Below are positions 1 through 10,192 of a DNA stretch of 64,000 nt, piece by piece. The notes under the pieces are model-generated. The model saw only the letters and a program-made list of their open reading frames with translations, did not search any database and was not told the origin of the DNA. The first letter of the stretch is position 1; each line of letters starts with the position of its first letter. The DNA comes from Desulfatiglandales bacterium (GTDB taxonomy: Bacteria > Desulfobacterota > DSM-4660 > Desulfatiglandales > Desulfatiglandaceae), in NCBI GenBank assembly GCA_963666345.1, contig OY762721.1:1920001-1984000 (forward strand). Reading direction: 5' to 3'. Both the position numbers and the translations under genes were made by a program.

Positions 1-96
1 AGCCTGGATGACACCGATGAGATATCGGCCGTTCAGACGGGGCTTAAGGATCACGTAAAAGAGCTTGAAAACATTATCCGAAATTTTCAGATATGA
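1..96 (+). CDS. 3' end of an unidentified CDS (partial)
   Basis: Frame 1 is open from base 1 to TGA at 94-96 (SLDDTDEISAVQTGLKDHVKELENIIRNFQI*) and converges on the next gene. Confidence 0.45.
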   Translation, partial: SLDDTDEISAVQTGLKDHVKELENIIRNFQI

Positions 97-709
97 TCTC
101 TTCAAGAGGGGTCTTAAGGGCCCTGGGCATTGAAATCAGAAGAGAGGCGTTATCCTTGTCAGTTTGGGGAGAAAGCCTTTCCAGCAGGTCCCTTGAAAGC
201 ATATAGAGTTGCCTTTGGACCTCATCCATGCTGTAGGCCGGGTAGCTCATCCCCTTTTTAAATCCCGATTTGGCGCACACATGCACCTTCCCCCTTATAA
301 GGGAGGGCACCCCATATACCCTGCAGGTGACAGGCCGATAATCGTAAAGCACACACTCCTCCTTTTCATTTAAAAGAGGACAGCGTACCCGCTCCCTGCT
401 CATCGTGTAGGCGGCCATCTGAGGGTCGTCACTGAAGTTCTTAAGCTTTTCCTCAAGCCTTGAGAGATCCTCCTCGCTTCTGTTGCATCGCAAAACAGCC
501 TTTTCCCGCTCTGAAGGAGTTATCCCTGAAAATTGTTCCTTAATAAAGGCCGCCTCAATCAGAAAAAGCCCGAAGACTGCGTGACAGCAATCCGAGCAAC
601 CGTTTTTGCACCTGACTTCATCTGGAAACTCCAGCTTCACATCTTTAAAGCCCTGGTCCGCCTTTATCACGATCTGATAATATTCCTCGAATAAGTCTTG
701 AAAGATCAT
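74..709 (-). CDS. YkgJ/CxxCxxCC family cysteine-cluster (Zn/Fe-chelating) protein
   Basis: CKNGCSDCC, CPLL...C.LY..RP.TCR.YG motifs; 4-nt overlap with the upstream TPR gene. Confidence 0.85.
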   Translation of the reverse strand: MIFQDLFEEYYQIVIKADQGFKDVKLEFPDEVRCKNGCSDCCHAVFGLFLIEAAFIKEQFSGITPSEREKAVLRCNRSEEDLSRLEEKLKNFSDDPQMAAYTMSRERVRCPLLNEKEECVLYDYRPVTCRVYGVPSLIRGKVHVCAKSGFKKGMSYPAYSMDEVQRQLYMLSRDLLERLSPQTDKDNASLLISMPRALKTPLEEIISENFG

Positions 710-1332
710 TTTTCTCTGTAAGGCTCAAGCCTTTTCATCAAATCTGGGTGTACTTTAAAACCGAGCTCAACCGCCCTGTCCGCCTGTTTGATCGCCTTGT
801 TGTACTCGCCCTTGTTGAAGAAGGCCACAGCCAGATTGTTACGGCCCAACCCGAAATCAGGGGCTATTTTCACAAGCTTCAGACCCGCCTCGATCGCATT
901 TTCGACCTCATCTTTCTGAAGATAGGCATTTATCAGGTTGCTCCAGGCCTGGACTATTTCAGGGTTCAGCTCCAGGGCCTTGTTGAGGGCCTCGATCGCC
1001 TCGTCCGTCCTGAGCATCTGAAGATAGGCAAAGCCCAGGTTTGCGTAACCCCTTGCGTACCTGGGTTCAATGGCCACGGCGTTCAGGTTCGCCTGGACCA
1101 CCATTTCAAGGTCTCCCTTTTTAAAGTATATGTATCCGAGGTTGACATAGCCCTCAAACATCCTGCCGCTGTTCTCTATGGCCTCGTTAAAGGCATCTAT
1201 CGCCTGATCCAGCTCACCCTTTTCCATCAGCGCCACACCCAGGTTGTAGGCCGAGTTGGCACATTCAGGGTTTTCAGCAAGGAGGCTCTTCTGCTCCGCG
1301 ATAAATTTTTCCGCATCTTGCGGTGTCTTCAT
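706..1332 (-). CDS. Tetratricopeptide repeat protein
   Basis: Several TPR units (AYNLGVAL, GYVNLGYIY, YANLGFAY...ALELNP). Confidence 0.9.
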   Translation of the reverse strand: MKTPQDAEKFIAEQKSLLAENPECANSAYNLGVALMEKGELDQAIDAFNEAIENSGRMFEGYVNLGYIYFKKGDLEMVVQANLNAVAIEPRYARGYANLGFAYLQMLRTDEAIEALNKALELNPEIVQAWSNLINAYLQKDEVENAIEAGLKLVKIAPDFGLGRNNLAVAFFNKGEYNKAIKQADRAVELGFKVHPDLMKRLEPYREK

Positions 1333-1424
1333 ATCTTACCTCTGCTAATCCGGTTGGTTACGGTCGATTCACCCTGATCCGGCCACCGGCCGGATCAGGG
1401 TGGGGTAGTAATTTGCCGCCTGAA

Positions 1425-1464
1425 GAAAAAAGAGGTCGCTATCTTCCATGGACAGCGACCTCTT
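1425..1464 (-). terminator. Probable intrinsic terminator after dsrABD
   Basis: 11-bp stem AAGAGGTCGCT/AGCGACCTCTT with a T-run on the minus strand, ~45 bp after the dsrD stop. Confidence 0.65.
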
Positions 1465-1508
1465 AACCGATCTATCCGAAATAAGGCCTTCCCAGAAAAG
1501 GGAAAGGG

Positions 1509-1739
1509 TTAATAATCTTCTGTAACACCTCTGCCTTTAAGACCGTACATCGTGCTGCTTCCCGTGGAAAAGTAAATAAGCTTTTCCTCGTTTATAAGAG
1601 CTGTAGCAGCCTTTTTTATCATCCTGGCCTTGACATCGGGCAGCACCTTGTGGACGGCCTTTTCTATATCCTTGAAATAGAACTTGGTCTTTTTGCTGCC
1701 TTCAGCAAATTCCACAATCGCCTTTTTGATATCTTCCAT
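1509..1739 (-). CDS. dsrD: Dissimilatory sulfite reductase D protein
   Basis: 76 aa; KTKFYFKD...YFSTGSSTMYGLKG signature; directly after dsrB. Confidence 0.95.
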   Translation of the reverse strand: MEDIKKAIVEFAEGSKKTKFYFKDIEKAVHKVLPDVKARMIKKAATALINEEKLIYFSTGSSTMYGLKGRGVTEDY

Positions 1740-1769
1740 TTGAAGACTCCTTTAACGAATAATTATGAA

Positions 1770-2957
1770 TTATTCAATTCCACCTGCAGCCTTTGAGACC
1801 TCCCAGGCGGCATCGGTGTATTTAAACTGGGTTGAAGTCCTGTATGTATCATAGGCGAGTCTGTAATCGTCGATGAGATGCTCTGTAAACGGGATATCCG
1901 TCTTTTCAAAGAATTTTTCCCATCCGATCCGCTCGGCCCAGTCTCCGAGACGCTCATACTTGTTGGCGTCGGAGGCATAGGCCTCGATTATCCTTTTGAC
2001 GTTATCACACACCTCGGGGAACCTGGGGAAGTTGTTAGGCAGCCACGGCACAACCACCTTGGAGAACTTCGGCTTACTGATCCTGTTCGAGATTTTTCCT
2101 CCTGCAAGGATTGTCACGCCGTCACCCTCTTTGTCCGAAAGAGGTACCGCCATGCACATGGTATAGCAGTTACCGCAGAACATGCAGCGCTCGTTCTTGA
2201 TCTTGACGGTCTTCTTGCCTTCTTCGGTCTTAGCGGGAGAAATCGCGCCTGTGGGACACGCGGCGATTACCAGCGGGATCTCGCAGAGGGAATCCATCAC
2301 CTCATGGTCGATCACCGGAGGCTTCCTGTGATAACCCAGAAGAGCTATATCGGAGCAGTGCACGGCGCCGCACATGTTGAGACAGCATGCCATGGAAACC
2401 CTTACCTGAGCAGGCAGGGTCATGCCCTGAAAATAGTCGAAAAGGTCATCCATTATGGCCTTTACCATTGAAGAGGCATCCGTGGCCGGTGTGTGGCAAT
2501 GCAGGTATCCCTGGGTATGAATTATATTGGTGACGCCTGCGCCCGTACCTCCGATCGGGAACTTGAAACTTCCGCTTACATGCTTGCGGCCTTCAAGATC
2601 CTTCTTAAGGGCCTCCATCTTATCCTGGGTGTCGGTCATGAATTCGATATTGTTTCTTGTGGTAAACCTTACATAACCGTCACAGTGCTTGTCGGCGATA
2701 TCGCAGATTTCTCTCACGTTTTCAACCGTCATGAACCTGCACCCGCCGCATCTTACGGTAAAAACCTTGTCGCCCGTCTCTGAGACATGCACGAGCACGC
2801 CCGGCTCCAGGATCTCATGATATTTCCACTTTCCATAGTTATTCTGAATTACAGGAGGGAAATACTGCCAGAAATGTCTCGGACCGAGATCCGTAATCCT
2901 GTTTTCCATCGGTTTGTCGGGGTTATATCCACCCAATCTCTCTAAAGATAATGCCAT
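1770..2957 (-). CDS. dsrB: Dissimilatory sulfite reductase beta subunit
   Basis: [37 protein letters not shown], ferredoxin motif [11 protein letters not shown]. Confidence 0.99.
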   Translation of the reverse strand: MALSLERLGGYNPDKPMENRITDLGPRHFWQYFPPVIQNNYGKWKYHEILEPGVLVHVSETGDKVFTVRCGGCRFMTVENVREICDIADKHCDGYVRFTTRNNIEFMTDTQDKMEALKKDLEGRKHVSGSFKFPIGGTGAGVTNIIHTQGYLHCHTPATDASSMVKAIMDDLFDYFQGMTLPAQVRVSMACCLNMCGAVHCSDIALLGYHRKPPVIDHEVMDSLCEIPLVIAACPTGAISPAKTEEGKKTVKIKNERCMFCGNCYTMCMAVPLSDKEGDGVTILAGGKISNRISKPKFSKVVVPWLPNNFPRFPEVCDNVKRIIEAYASDANKYERLGDWAERIGWEKFFEKTDIPFTEHLIDDYRLAYDTYRTSTQFKYTDAAWEVSKAAGGIE

Positions 2958-2968
2958 TTTCTTCCCTC

Positions 2969-4387
2969 CTATCTCTTATGTCTGGATCGGTAGTCATTGA
3001 TGTCTCTTTCCCATCCGCCCGGAACCTCTTCTTCCTTCCAGAAGATATATGGATTGCTCCTCGGTTCTTTAACCATCTGCGGCATGGGTGGAATCTCAAG
3101 GACCTCCAGGAATTTCGGGACACCGTAACGCTGTATCAACTCTCCGAGACGCTCACGGTTTTTGCCCTCTTCCATCCACCAATCCCAGACCTTTTCAATG
3201 ACCTCTTTTATGTTGTCATATGGGTGCTCGCACCTCATAAAAGGTATGGTAAGCAGTGACATCTGGGCACCCTCGAGTATAGGGGCCTTTGCGCCGAACA
3301 GGATGCTGCAGCCGGTATCCGTCCCGGGTCTCAGCGCCTGCGGCATGGTATTTATGCAGTGCATGCAGCGGGTGCACTCCTTGTTGTCGATCATCAGCTT
3401 GCCGTCTTCCATCCACATACAGTTTGTGGGGCAGAGGTTGATGACCTCTTTTTCGATATCAAACGCGCCCCAGTCCTTACCCTTGTGGGCTCCGCCGTTA
3501 GGGGCGATCTCGCCGCCTATATAGGCCTGAACCGCCTCTTGATCGATGCGGATATCATCCTTCCAGGTGCCGATGTACGACATATCGGAACGTGCGATGG
3601 ACGCGACGCAACCATTGGGGCAGCCGTCAAATTTGAACTTGAATTTATAAGGGAAGGCGGGACGATGAAGCTCATCCTGATAGAAATTGGTCAGTTCATA
3701 GCACATATCCTGTGTGTCTATACATGCCCACTCGCACCTGGCCTTGCCAAGGCAGCATGAAGGCGAACGCAGATTGGAACCTGAACCACCCAGATCCTGG
3801 TCCATCTCATGTGTCATCTGATAGAACAGGGGCTCCAGCTGCTCCGTGAATGTCCCAAGCAGGATGATGTCGCCGGTTGAGCCGTGCAAATTCATCATGC
3901 CGCTGCCCCTGTACTCCCACAGGTCGCAGATGGTCCTGAGGTAGTCAGTATTATAGAACTTGCTCGAGGGCTGATTTACGCGAAGGGTATGAAAATGGGC
4001 GATAGAGGGAAAGCGCTCCTGGAGGTCTGAATAACGGCCGATTACCCCACCGCCGTATCCGAAGACTCCGACGATTCCTCCATGCTTCCAGTGGGTCTCC
4101 CCCTCGTCGAACGAGACCTGAAGCTGTCCGAGCGTGTCTTCAACAACGTCGCTTTCAATCAGCATACGGTCTTTTGCCAGGTTTTTTCTGTGCAGGGCCT
4201 CCCTTTTTGCATCGGCCACGAAGCTTGGCCATGGGCCTTTTTCCAGGTCATCCAGATCAGGGGTGTCATGCTTTATCTTAAAGCTCTTCAGTTCATCTTC
4301 GGTGTAGTTGTTCAATTCCTCGTCGGAATAGATCCTCATGTCTTCATATTTAAATTCTTTTTGCGGTTCATTTGGTTCAAAAGCCAT
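2969..4387 (-). CDS. dsrA: Dissimilatory sulfite reductase alpha subunit
   Basis: [29 protein letters not shown], siroheme-binding CLGKARC...[20 protein letters not shown]. Confidence 0.99.
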   Translation of the reverse strand: MAFEPNEPQKEFKYEDMRIYSDEELNNYTEDELKSFKIKHDTPDLDDLEKGPWPSFVADAKREALHRKNLAKDRMLIESDVVEDTLGQLQVSFDEGETHWKHGGIVGVFGYGGGVIGRYSDLQERFPSIAHFHTLRVNQPSSKFYNTDYLRTICDLWEYRGSGMMNLHGSTGDIILLGTFTEQLEPLFYQMTHEMDQDLGGSGSNLRSPSCCLGKARCEWACIDTQDMCYELTNFYQDELHRPAFPYKFKFKFDGCPNGCVASIARSDMSYIGTWKDDIRIDQEAVQAYIGGEIAPNGGAHKGKDWGAFDIEKEVINLCPTNCMWMEDGKLMIDNKECTRCMHCINTMPQALRPGTDTGCSILFGAKAPILEGAQMSLLTIPFMRCEHPYDNIKEVIEKVWDWWMEEGKNRERLGELIQRYGVPKFLEVLEIPPMPQMVKEPRSNPYIFWKEEEVPGGWERDINDYRSRHKR

Positions 4388-4774
4388 GATACATGCCTCC
4401 TGTTGTTAGCTATTTAGAAATAAGGAGAAAATCAACCTTATGATACTTCTGCCGTCACCTCCTCTCAAAAAAATTCAAATACGTATATAAAACTCTAAAA
4501 AAATTTGTCAGCACTGGCTCGGTAAAACGATAAAACCGCAGATAAGGGGCACGTGAATCGGGGAGATACTGTCGGTGCAAAAAACCGTTCCTCTCCCGAG
4601 GGCCCGGAAGGATAAAAAAAGTAAGAAAAAGGACAAAAAAAGGACGACTTGCGGGCATTCCGCATTCATTCCTTAGTTACTTGTGCCTTCCCTGCATCTG
4701 GATTTCATCGGCTTGGCGAGGATAACTATCTGTAAATATTAGCATAAATTTTATTCATATTATACCAACACTGA

Positions 4775-4860
4775 TTTATAATCAAAACCTCTCGATATTG
4801 TCAATAAAAAAACAGGGAGGAGTTTTTTGTTGACAATCCTCCTGTCCCATGTTCCTAATT
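4775..4860. promoter_or_regulatory. Divergent sigma70-type promoter region for dsrA and dsrN
   Basis: TTGACA on minus (4804-4799) with TATAAA 18 nt downstream, and TTGACA on plus (4830-4835). The two -35 boxes form an inverted repeat. Confidence 0.5.
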
Positions 4861-4892
4861 CTGCGAATACCCTTTATTAACAACGGAATAAA

Positions 4893-6311
4893 ATGACTCT
4901 GGAACAAGGGAAAAAAAATCCATTAAGACGTAGCGTCTGCATAGCCGCCTTAAGAGGAGGGTCCGGCAAAACAATCCTTTCTCTCGGTATCACGGCTGCC
5001 TGGAAAAACAAGGGAAACAGGGTGGCGGTTTTCAAAAAAGGCCCTGATTTCATTGACCCTGGATGGCTCTGCCTTGCCGGCGACGGCAGCTGCTATAACC
5101 TGGACCCTTTTCTGATGAAAGAAGAGCAGATTATTACCTCTTTTCTTGATCATTCGGAAGGGGCGGACATATCAGTTATCGAGGGAAACAGGGGCATATT
5201 CGACGGCATGGACATAGATGGGTGCAGCAGCACGGCTGAACTTGCCAAGCTCCTGTTCGCCCCCGTCATTATCCTGCTCGATGTGACTATGTCCACAAGG
5301 ACAGTGGCCGCGATCCTGAAAGGCCTTGAGGTCTTTGACACGGATCTGTGTATCGGTGGAGTTATCCTAAACAGGGTAGCCGGAGCAAGGCAGGAGACCC
5401 TCATAAGAAAGTGTATAGAGAGATACTGTGACACCCCGGTGCTTGGTGCGATACCAAGGCTCAAGGAAAACCTTTTTCCCGAAAGACACATGGGGCTAGT
5501 GCCGTATCAGGAACGGGAACATTCCATGAAGGCTATTTCATGGGCCGAAAAAATCGTAAAAGATCATATTGACCTGGATGAGATATGGGATATCTCCTGC
5601 AGGAAAGACCCCTTAATGGATATGACAAAGCGTTATGCGGCCCGCCCTGCCGGCTCAAAAATCGATGAACCGCTCGATATAGGCATAATCAGGGACCGCT
5701 CCTTCTGGTTTTACTACCCTGAAAACCTGGACGAACTCAAACGGATGGGCGGCCGCATTATAGAGATGAACGCTCTTTCAGATCCTGAGATCGCCCGAAT
5801 AGACGCCCTTTATATAGGCGGCGGATTCCCCGAAACCCAGGCTGCGAAACTTTCGGCAAATTCATCATTCAGGGATTCACTCAAGGAGGCCATAGAAAAA
5901 GGCCTTCCCGTCTACGCGGAGTGCGGCGGTTTCATGTATCTGGGAGAAGACCTTGTCGTGGATGGAACTTCTTATCCCATGGTAGGTGCCCTGCCGGTAA
6001 GTTTCACGCTTCGGAAAAGGCCTCAGGGTCATGGCTACACCATCCTTGAAGTGGACAAGGAAAATCCCTATTATGAAAAAGGCTTTATCCTGAAAGGCCA
6101 TGAATTTCATTACTCCGAGCCCACAATAACCGACACGGAAAAGGCAAGGTTCGTATTCAGCGTAAAAAGGGGTGGCGGTGTTCACGGGGACAGGGAGGGG
6201 ATGTGTCGAAAGAATGTCCTTGCAACTTACAGCCATGTCCATGCCGCGGGAAATCCCTTCTGGGCAAAATCCATAATCAGGCAGGCCATGGAGTATAAGA
6301 GGAAAAGATAA
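4893..6311 (+). CDS. dsrN: Cobyrinate a,c-diamide synthase-like siroheme amidase
   Basis: GGSGKT, FKKGPDFIDP, VIEGNRG, GGGFPE, YAECGG, GHEFHYS; lies between dsrA and dsrC. Confidence 0.88.
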   Translation: MTLEQGKKNPLRRSVCIAALRGGSGKTILSLGITAAWKNKGNRVAVFKKGPDFIDPGWLCLAGDGSCYNLDPFLMKEEQIITSFLDHSEGADISVIEGNRGIFDGMDIDGCSSTAELAKLLFAPVIILLDVTMSTRTVAAILKGLEVFDTDLCIGGVILNRVAGARQETLIRKCIERYCDTPVLGAIPRLKENLFPERHMGLVPYQEREHSMKAISWAEKIVKDHIDLDEIWDISCRKDPLMDMTKRYAARPAGSKIDEPLDIGIIRDRSFWFYYPENLDELKRMGGRIIEMNALSDPEIARIDALYIGGGFPETQAAKLSANSSFRDSLKEAIEKGLPVYAECGGFMYLGEDLVVDGTSYPMVGALPVSFTLRKRPQGHGYTILEVDKENPYYEKGFILKGHEFHYSEPTITDTEKARFVFSVKRGGGVHGDREGMCRKNVLATYSHVHAAGNPFWAKSIIRQAMEYKRKR

Positions 6312-6336
6312 AAATTGGGAAAAAATAAAAGAGCTG

Positions 6337-6365
6337 TTGACAATTATCTAAAAGCAAAGTATCGT
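6337..6365 (+). promoter_or_regulatory. sigma70-type promoter of dsrC
   Basis: TTGACA-17 nt-TATCGT, followed by an AGGAGG ribosome binding site before the ATG at 6437. Confidence 0.6.
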
Positions 6366-6436
6366 TATTTGCTTAAATTAATATAATGAATATTATTAGG
6401 CGTGTGGGTGATATCATAAAAAGGAGGTTATAGGTT

Positions 6437-6754
6437 ATGCCAACAGTAGAGTTTGAAGGAAATGCCTTCAACGTAGATGAAGATGGCTTCATCGATGATT
6501 TCAACAACTGGAGCGAGCCATGGGTAAGGCACGTAAAAACAACAGAGGGTATTGAAGAGCTGACTGACGAGCATTGGAAAGTCATCAACGTTCTTCAGGA
6601 TTACTATAAGAAAAATGGGATTGCCCCCATGGTAAGGATCCTCTCAAAGGTTACGGGCTACAAGCTCAAATATATCTACGAGCTTTTTCCCTCAGGACCC
6701 GGCAAGGGAGCATGTAAGATGGCCGGGCTGCCCAAGCCAACCGGTTGCGTGTAG
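6437..6754 (+). CDS. dsrC: DsrC sulfur carrier protein
   Basis: VDEDGF, LFPSGPGKGACKMAGLPKPTGCV with both C-terminal cysteines. Confidence 0.98.
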   Translation: MPTVEFEGNAFNVDEDGFIDDFNNWSEPWVRHVKTTEGIEELTDEHWKVINVLQDYYKKNGIAPMVRILSKVTGYKLKYIYELFPSGPGKGACKMAGLPKPTGCV

Positions 6755-6773
6755 TATTTTCAGTCATTCCGAC

Positions 6774-6803
6774 AAAAAAAGAGGGCACAATGCCCTCTTT
6801 TTT
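6774..6803. terminator. Bidirectional intrinsic terminator
   Basis: A7-GAGGGCA-caa-TGCCCTC-T6 between two convergent genes. Confidence 0.85.
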
Positions 6804-6822
6804 ATGCTCTCAAGCCTTACTT

Positions 6823-7251
6823 TTACCTGTTCTCTTTTGATGCCCCGGTTTCAAGCCTTAAAAAATTGCTCAGATAAAGATCGCACAGGATTGCCTTCGA
6901 ATATACTATCTTTATCCTTTCAAGCATCTCCGCGTCACTTATATCCTTTAAAACGGGATGTTTCTCTCTGAGCCTCGAAAGGGCGGACGTCTGGTCAATC
7001 TTCCCCGATGGAAGGTTGAGCGCCTCCTCCAGGGTCCTGTCTATTGTCTTCCAGTCCCTTATCTCGCCTTCTACCCTCTTCCACTTATTATCCACAAGCT
7101 GCCATGAATTCCCTGACCACTTGTCCTGCCTGATCAAGGCATCGCCACTCTTTATGGTGGTATATCTGGGGGCGAAATAGAGAAGAAACAGGGCGGAAAT
7201 CACCGCCCCTATTATCAATCCGGTTCCGAGATATCTCTTTTCTTTGGTCAT
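6823..7251 (-). CDS. Hypothetical protein with N-terminal membrane anchor
   Basis: 142 aa ORF with one hydrophobic N-terminal helix. Confidence 0.75.
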   Translation of the reverse strand: MTKEKRYLGTGLIIGAVISALFLLYFAPRYTTIKSGDALIRQDKWSGNSWQLVDNKWKRVEGEIRDWKTIDRTLEEALNLPSGKIDQTSALSRLREKHPVLKDISDAEMLERIKIVYSKAILCDLYLSNFLRLETGASKENR

Positions 7252-7446
7252 GTTCGATCCTTACAGATTTGCTTCCACACTTCCAGATCTTCAAAGTTTG
7301 TCGTCATTCCTAAACTTCCGTTCCGGCATCTTTATAGCCAGCCTCGCTTATCTCGCTATCCTCTTTTCTCGTCTTTTCGCTTTTCACCCTTTCCCGCGAG
7401 TGTCGCCTCATGCAAATCGATCTTTTTATTTCTTCTAGGGGAGTCT

Positions 7447-7719
7447 TCATAAGGTAAACCTTCTATAGATATCTTTCCGGTGACCTATCTTTACGATTTC
7501 TATAGTAACTATATCTGAATAAACCGAATAAATTATCCTATAGTCACCTTCACGGAGCCGGTACGTATATTCCGTGCCGTGCAATTTACGGCTACCTCGA
7601 GGACAAGGGTTGTCAGATAGAGTTTCAATCGCTTTAAGAACCCTCAAGATGATTTTTCTGCCAAGCTTCCTGAGTTCTTTCCTGGCAGATTGCTTCCACT
7701 CGATCTTATATGAGCCCAT
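7447..7719 (-). CDS. RelE/ParE family toxin (copy 1)
   Basis: YKIEWKQSARKEL...YRLREGDYRIIY...IGHRKDIY. Confidence 0.92.
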   Translation of the reverse strand: MGSYKIEWKQSARKELRKLGRKIILRVLKAIETLSDNPCPRGSRKLHGTEYTYRLREGDYRIIYSVYSDIVTIEIVKIGHRKDIYRRFTL

Positions 7720-7906
7720 CGCCTTTTAATTCAGCTATAAATGCTTCGTGGGATATTGTTTGTTCATTTCTTCTTTCCGCCACGGTAGCTAAATCTTCAA
7801 TGTCTTCAAGCAACCCCTGGAAGTCAGACATGGATAAAATGACCGATTTTTTCTCCCCCTTTTCATCAGTTATATATTGGGGGCGAATATTATCTAAGCT
7901 TATCAT
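7706..7906 (-). CDS. Antitoxin partner of RelE (copy 1)
   Basis: 66 aa acidic ORF (QYITDEKGEKKSVIL...LLEDIEDL) overlapping the toxin start. Confidence 0.85.
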   Translation of the reverse strand: MISLDNIRPQYITDEKGEKKSVILSMSDFQGLLEDIEDLATVAERRNEQTISHEAFIAELKGDGLI

Positions 7907-8077
7907 TGGAGCACCTCCTTCCTTACCTCAATAATAACAGCCCAAAGATAGGCTAGCAATTTAAATCGCCATTCCAGGCAGTTATTCCTCCTGATCGATC
8001 AGTCTTTCCCGCTATCCTCTTTTCTTGCCTCTCTCGCTTGTCTCGTCCACTTATAACGAATAACGTCTTTTCGCTTT

Positions 8078-9967
8078 TTACCCTTTCCCGCCCGCAACAT
8101 ACTCCGGCAGAAGTTCCTTCAACTTCCTCCTTATCCCGCCGTCGTCCTTTTGCGTGGCAAGATCGGACAGCTCATCTATCCTTGCATTAAGCATTTCCTG
8201 ATCGCAGGTCTCACCCCTTATTACCATTATCTTCTCATGCCTTGTTGCTACTATCCCCTCGCCCTCGGTAATCAATTCCTCATAGAGCTTTTCTCCCGGC
8301 CTGAGACCGGTATATACGATCTCGATATCACTGCCAGGTTCAAAGCCTGAAAGCCTTATGAGATCACGGGCCATCTCATCGATCTTTATGGGGGTCCCCA
8401 TATCAAAGATAAATATCTCCCCTCCCTCACCCATGGCGCCTGCCTGAAGAATCAACTGGCACGCCTCCGGGATGGTCATAAAATACCTGGTGACCTCCTT
8501 GTGCGTTACGGTCACCGGCCCCCCCATTTCAATCTGCCTCTTGAAAAGGGGCACCACACTTCCAACACTTCCAACCACGTTACCGAATCTAACAGTCATG
8601 AATCTCGTGTCTGAAACCCGGCACCCGTTTTGTCCCTGGACCAAAAGCTCAGCCACCCGCTTGCTTGAGCCCATTATGTTGGAGGGCCTTACCGCCTTGT
8701 CTGTTGAAACAAACACAAATCGATCCACCTTGTACCGGTTTGAAAACTCAACTACATTCCTGGTCCCCAGTATGTTGTTCTTGATTGCGTTCCAGGGCTG
8801 AAGTTCAAGCATCGGCACATGCTTGTAGGCTGCCGCATGAAATATCACATTTGGATCAAACGACTCGAACGCGCCGGTCAGATCATTTCTGTTTCTTATG
8901 TCGGCCAGAAGAGGAACAACCCCTACATCCGGAAAGGTTGCCTTAAGCTCGATCTCAATCTCATAAAGGGGGCTTTCGGCACGTTCAAACAGGAGTAAAA
9001 TCTTCGGCTCAAAACGGCATATCTGCCTGCACAGTTCCGAACCTATTGAACCACCGGCACCTGTCACCATGACGGTGGCATCCTTGAGATAACTCCCGAT
9101 GAGCTCCTCTTCAAGCCGAATTACCTCACGGCCCAGAAGATCACGATAGGCCACATCCCTTATTGCCTTTATGCTCACCTTCCCATCTATAAGCTCGCCC
9201 ATGCTGGGAAGGGTCTTTGAGGGTAGCCCGCACGCCTCACATCCCGATATTATCTCACGCATCTCTTTTGAGGTCGCGGAAGGGATCGCAATCAGACATT
9301 CATCGATCTTGTTCATCCGAGCTATCGACTTCAGATCGTTTAACCTTCCCAGAATAGGAACCCCATGGATCTTTTTGCCCACCTTTTCTTCATCGTCATC
9401 GACAAAACCGATCACCCTGTAGCGCAGTTTCGCGTTGTCTCTTATCTCCCTGTAGATCTTCTCCCCACTGTCACCCGCCCCAAGGATAATGAGATTTTTT
9501 GTGTCACCTTCTCTTCTCTGTCTGAGGAACCTGAGCATCCCTTCACTTTCAGCATGCTCCCAAAACCAAAAAAAAAGCCTTATCCCGACCCTGAAGCCTG
9601 AGATAAAGATAATCGTGAGCACCCAGTCTATTATGAATACCGAACGGGCGAACCCTGTCAGGCCGTGGCTGAAGACAAAAAGGGAAACGACAACCAGAGA
9701 GCCCACAGTGGCGGCCTTTATTACATTCATCAGATCGGAGATGCTGGTATAACGCCACATGCCCTTGTAAAGATCAAAGAAATAAAAGGCGACCATCTTG
9801 GCAAGCACTATAAAGGGAAGCACATGGGTGAAAAGGCCGATGCTTGCGGCAGGGATCTGAAAATTGAATCGCAAAAGGTGCGCAAAATACCCTGCAAGGC
9901 ATAAAAGCCCCGCATCCGTAATAAGAATAGCGATAAGATTTTTATCTATTATTTTTCTATGTCTCAT
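8078..9967 (-). CDS. Membrane-bound UDP-GlcNAc 4,6-dehydratase (PglF/WbpM/CapD family)
   Basis: N-terminal TM helices, DLLGRE, VTGAGGSIGSEL, FHAAAYKHVP, STDKAV, VRFGNV, GLRPGEKLYEEL. Confidence 0.95.
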   Translation of the reverse strand: MRHRKIIDKNLIAILITDAGLLCLAGYFAHLLRFNFQIPAASIGLFTHVLPFIVLAKMVAFYFFDLYKGMWRYTSISDLMNVIKAATVGSLVVVSLFVFSHGLTGFARSVFIIDWVLTIIFISGFRVGIRLFFWFWEHAESEGMLRFLRQRREGDTKNLIILGAGDSGEKIYREIRDNAKLRYRVIGFVDDDEEKVGKKIHGVPILGRLNDLKSIARMNKIDECLIAIPSATSKEMREIISGCEACGLPSKTLPSMGELIDGKVSIKAIRDVAYRDLLGREVIRLEEELIGSYLKDATVMVTGAGGSIGSELCRQICRFEPKILLLFERAESPLYEIEIELKATFPDVGVVPLLADIRNRNDLTGAFESFDPNVIFHAAAYKHVPMLELQPWNAIKNNILGTRNVVEFSNRYKVDRFVFVSTDKAVRPSNIMGSSKRVAELLVQGQNGCRVSDTRFMTVRFGNVVGSVGSVVPLFKRQIEMGGPVTVTHKEVTRYFMTIPEACQLILQAGAMGEGGEIFIFDMGTPIKIDEMARDLIRLSGFEPGSDIEIVYTGLRPGEKLYEELITEGEGIVATRHEKIMVIRGETCDQEMLNARIDELSDLATQKDDGGIRRKLKELLPEYVAGGKG

Positions 9968-10146
9968 AGCTCCAAACACAACACCAGGCAACCAATTTTG
10001 CCTTTTTTTCTATATGCCCTTTTTCCACAAATATCAACTATTTCCACTTTTCTTTACCCCCAACAACCTGTAACAAATAGCAATCGCCGTTTTCCCGCAT
10101 TTTTGTCTTTCATGCCTTCTCATATAATGATTAAAAAACGGTCATG

Positions 10147-10189
10147 CCGACTTACCGATTTCCGGTCAAACCTGAAATCGGCAAGTCGG
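10147..10189. repeat. REP-like palindrome P1 at the 3' end of the RAYT gene
   Basis: CCGACTTACCGATTTCCGGTCAAACCTGAAATCGGCAAGTCGG, an imperfect hairpin. Confidence 0.85.
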
Positions 10190-10192
10190 TTC

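Noticed and set aside
748..4417. Long antisense ORFs over the TPR gene and dsrAB (and similar ones elsewhere)
   Set aside because: They fully overlap well-supported genes on the opposite strand and lack motifs.
4455..4658. 67-aa ORF in the dsrA leader
   Set aside because: No convincing RBS or recognisable motif; composition looks like regulatory DNA.
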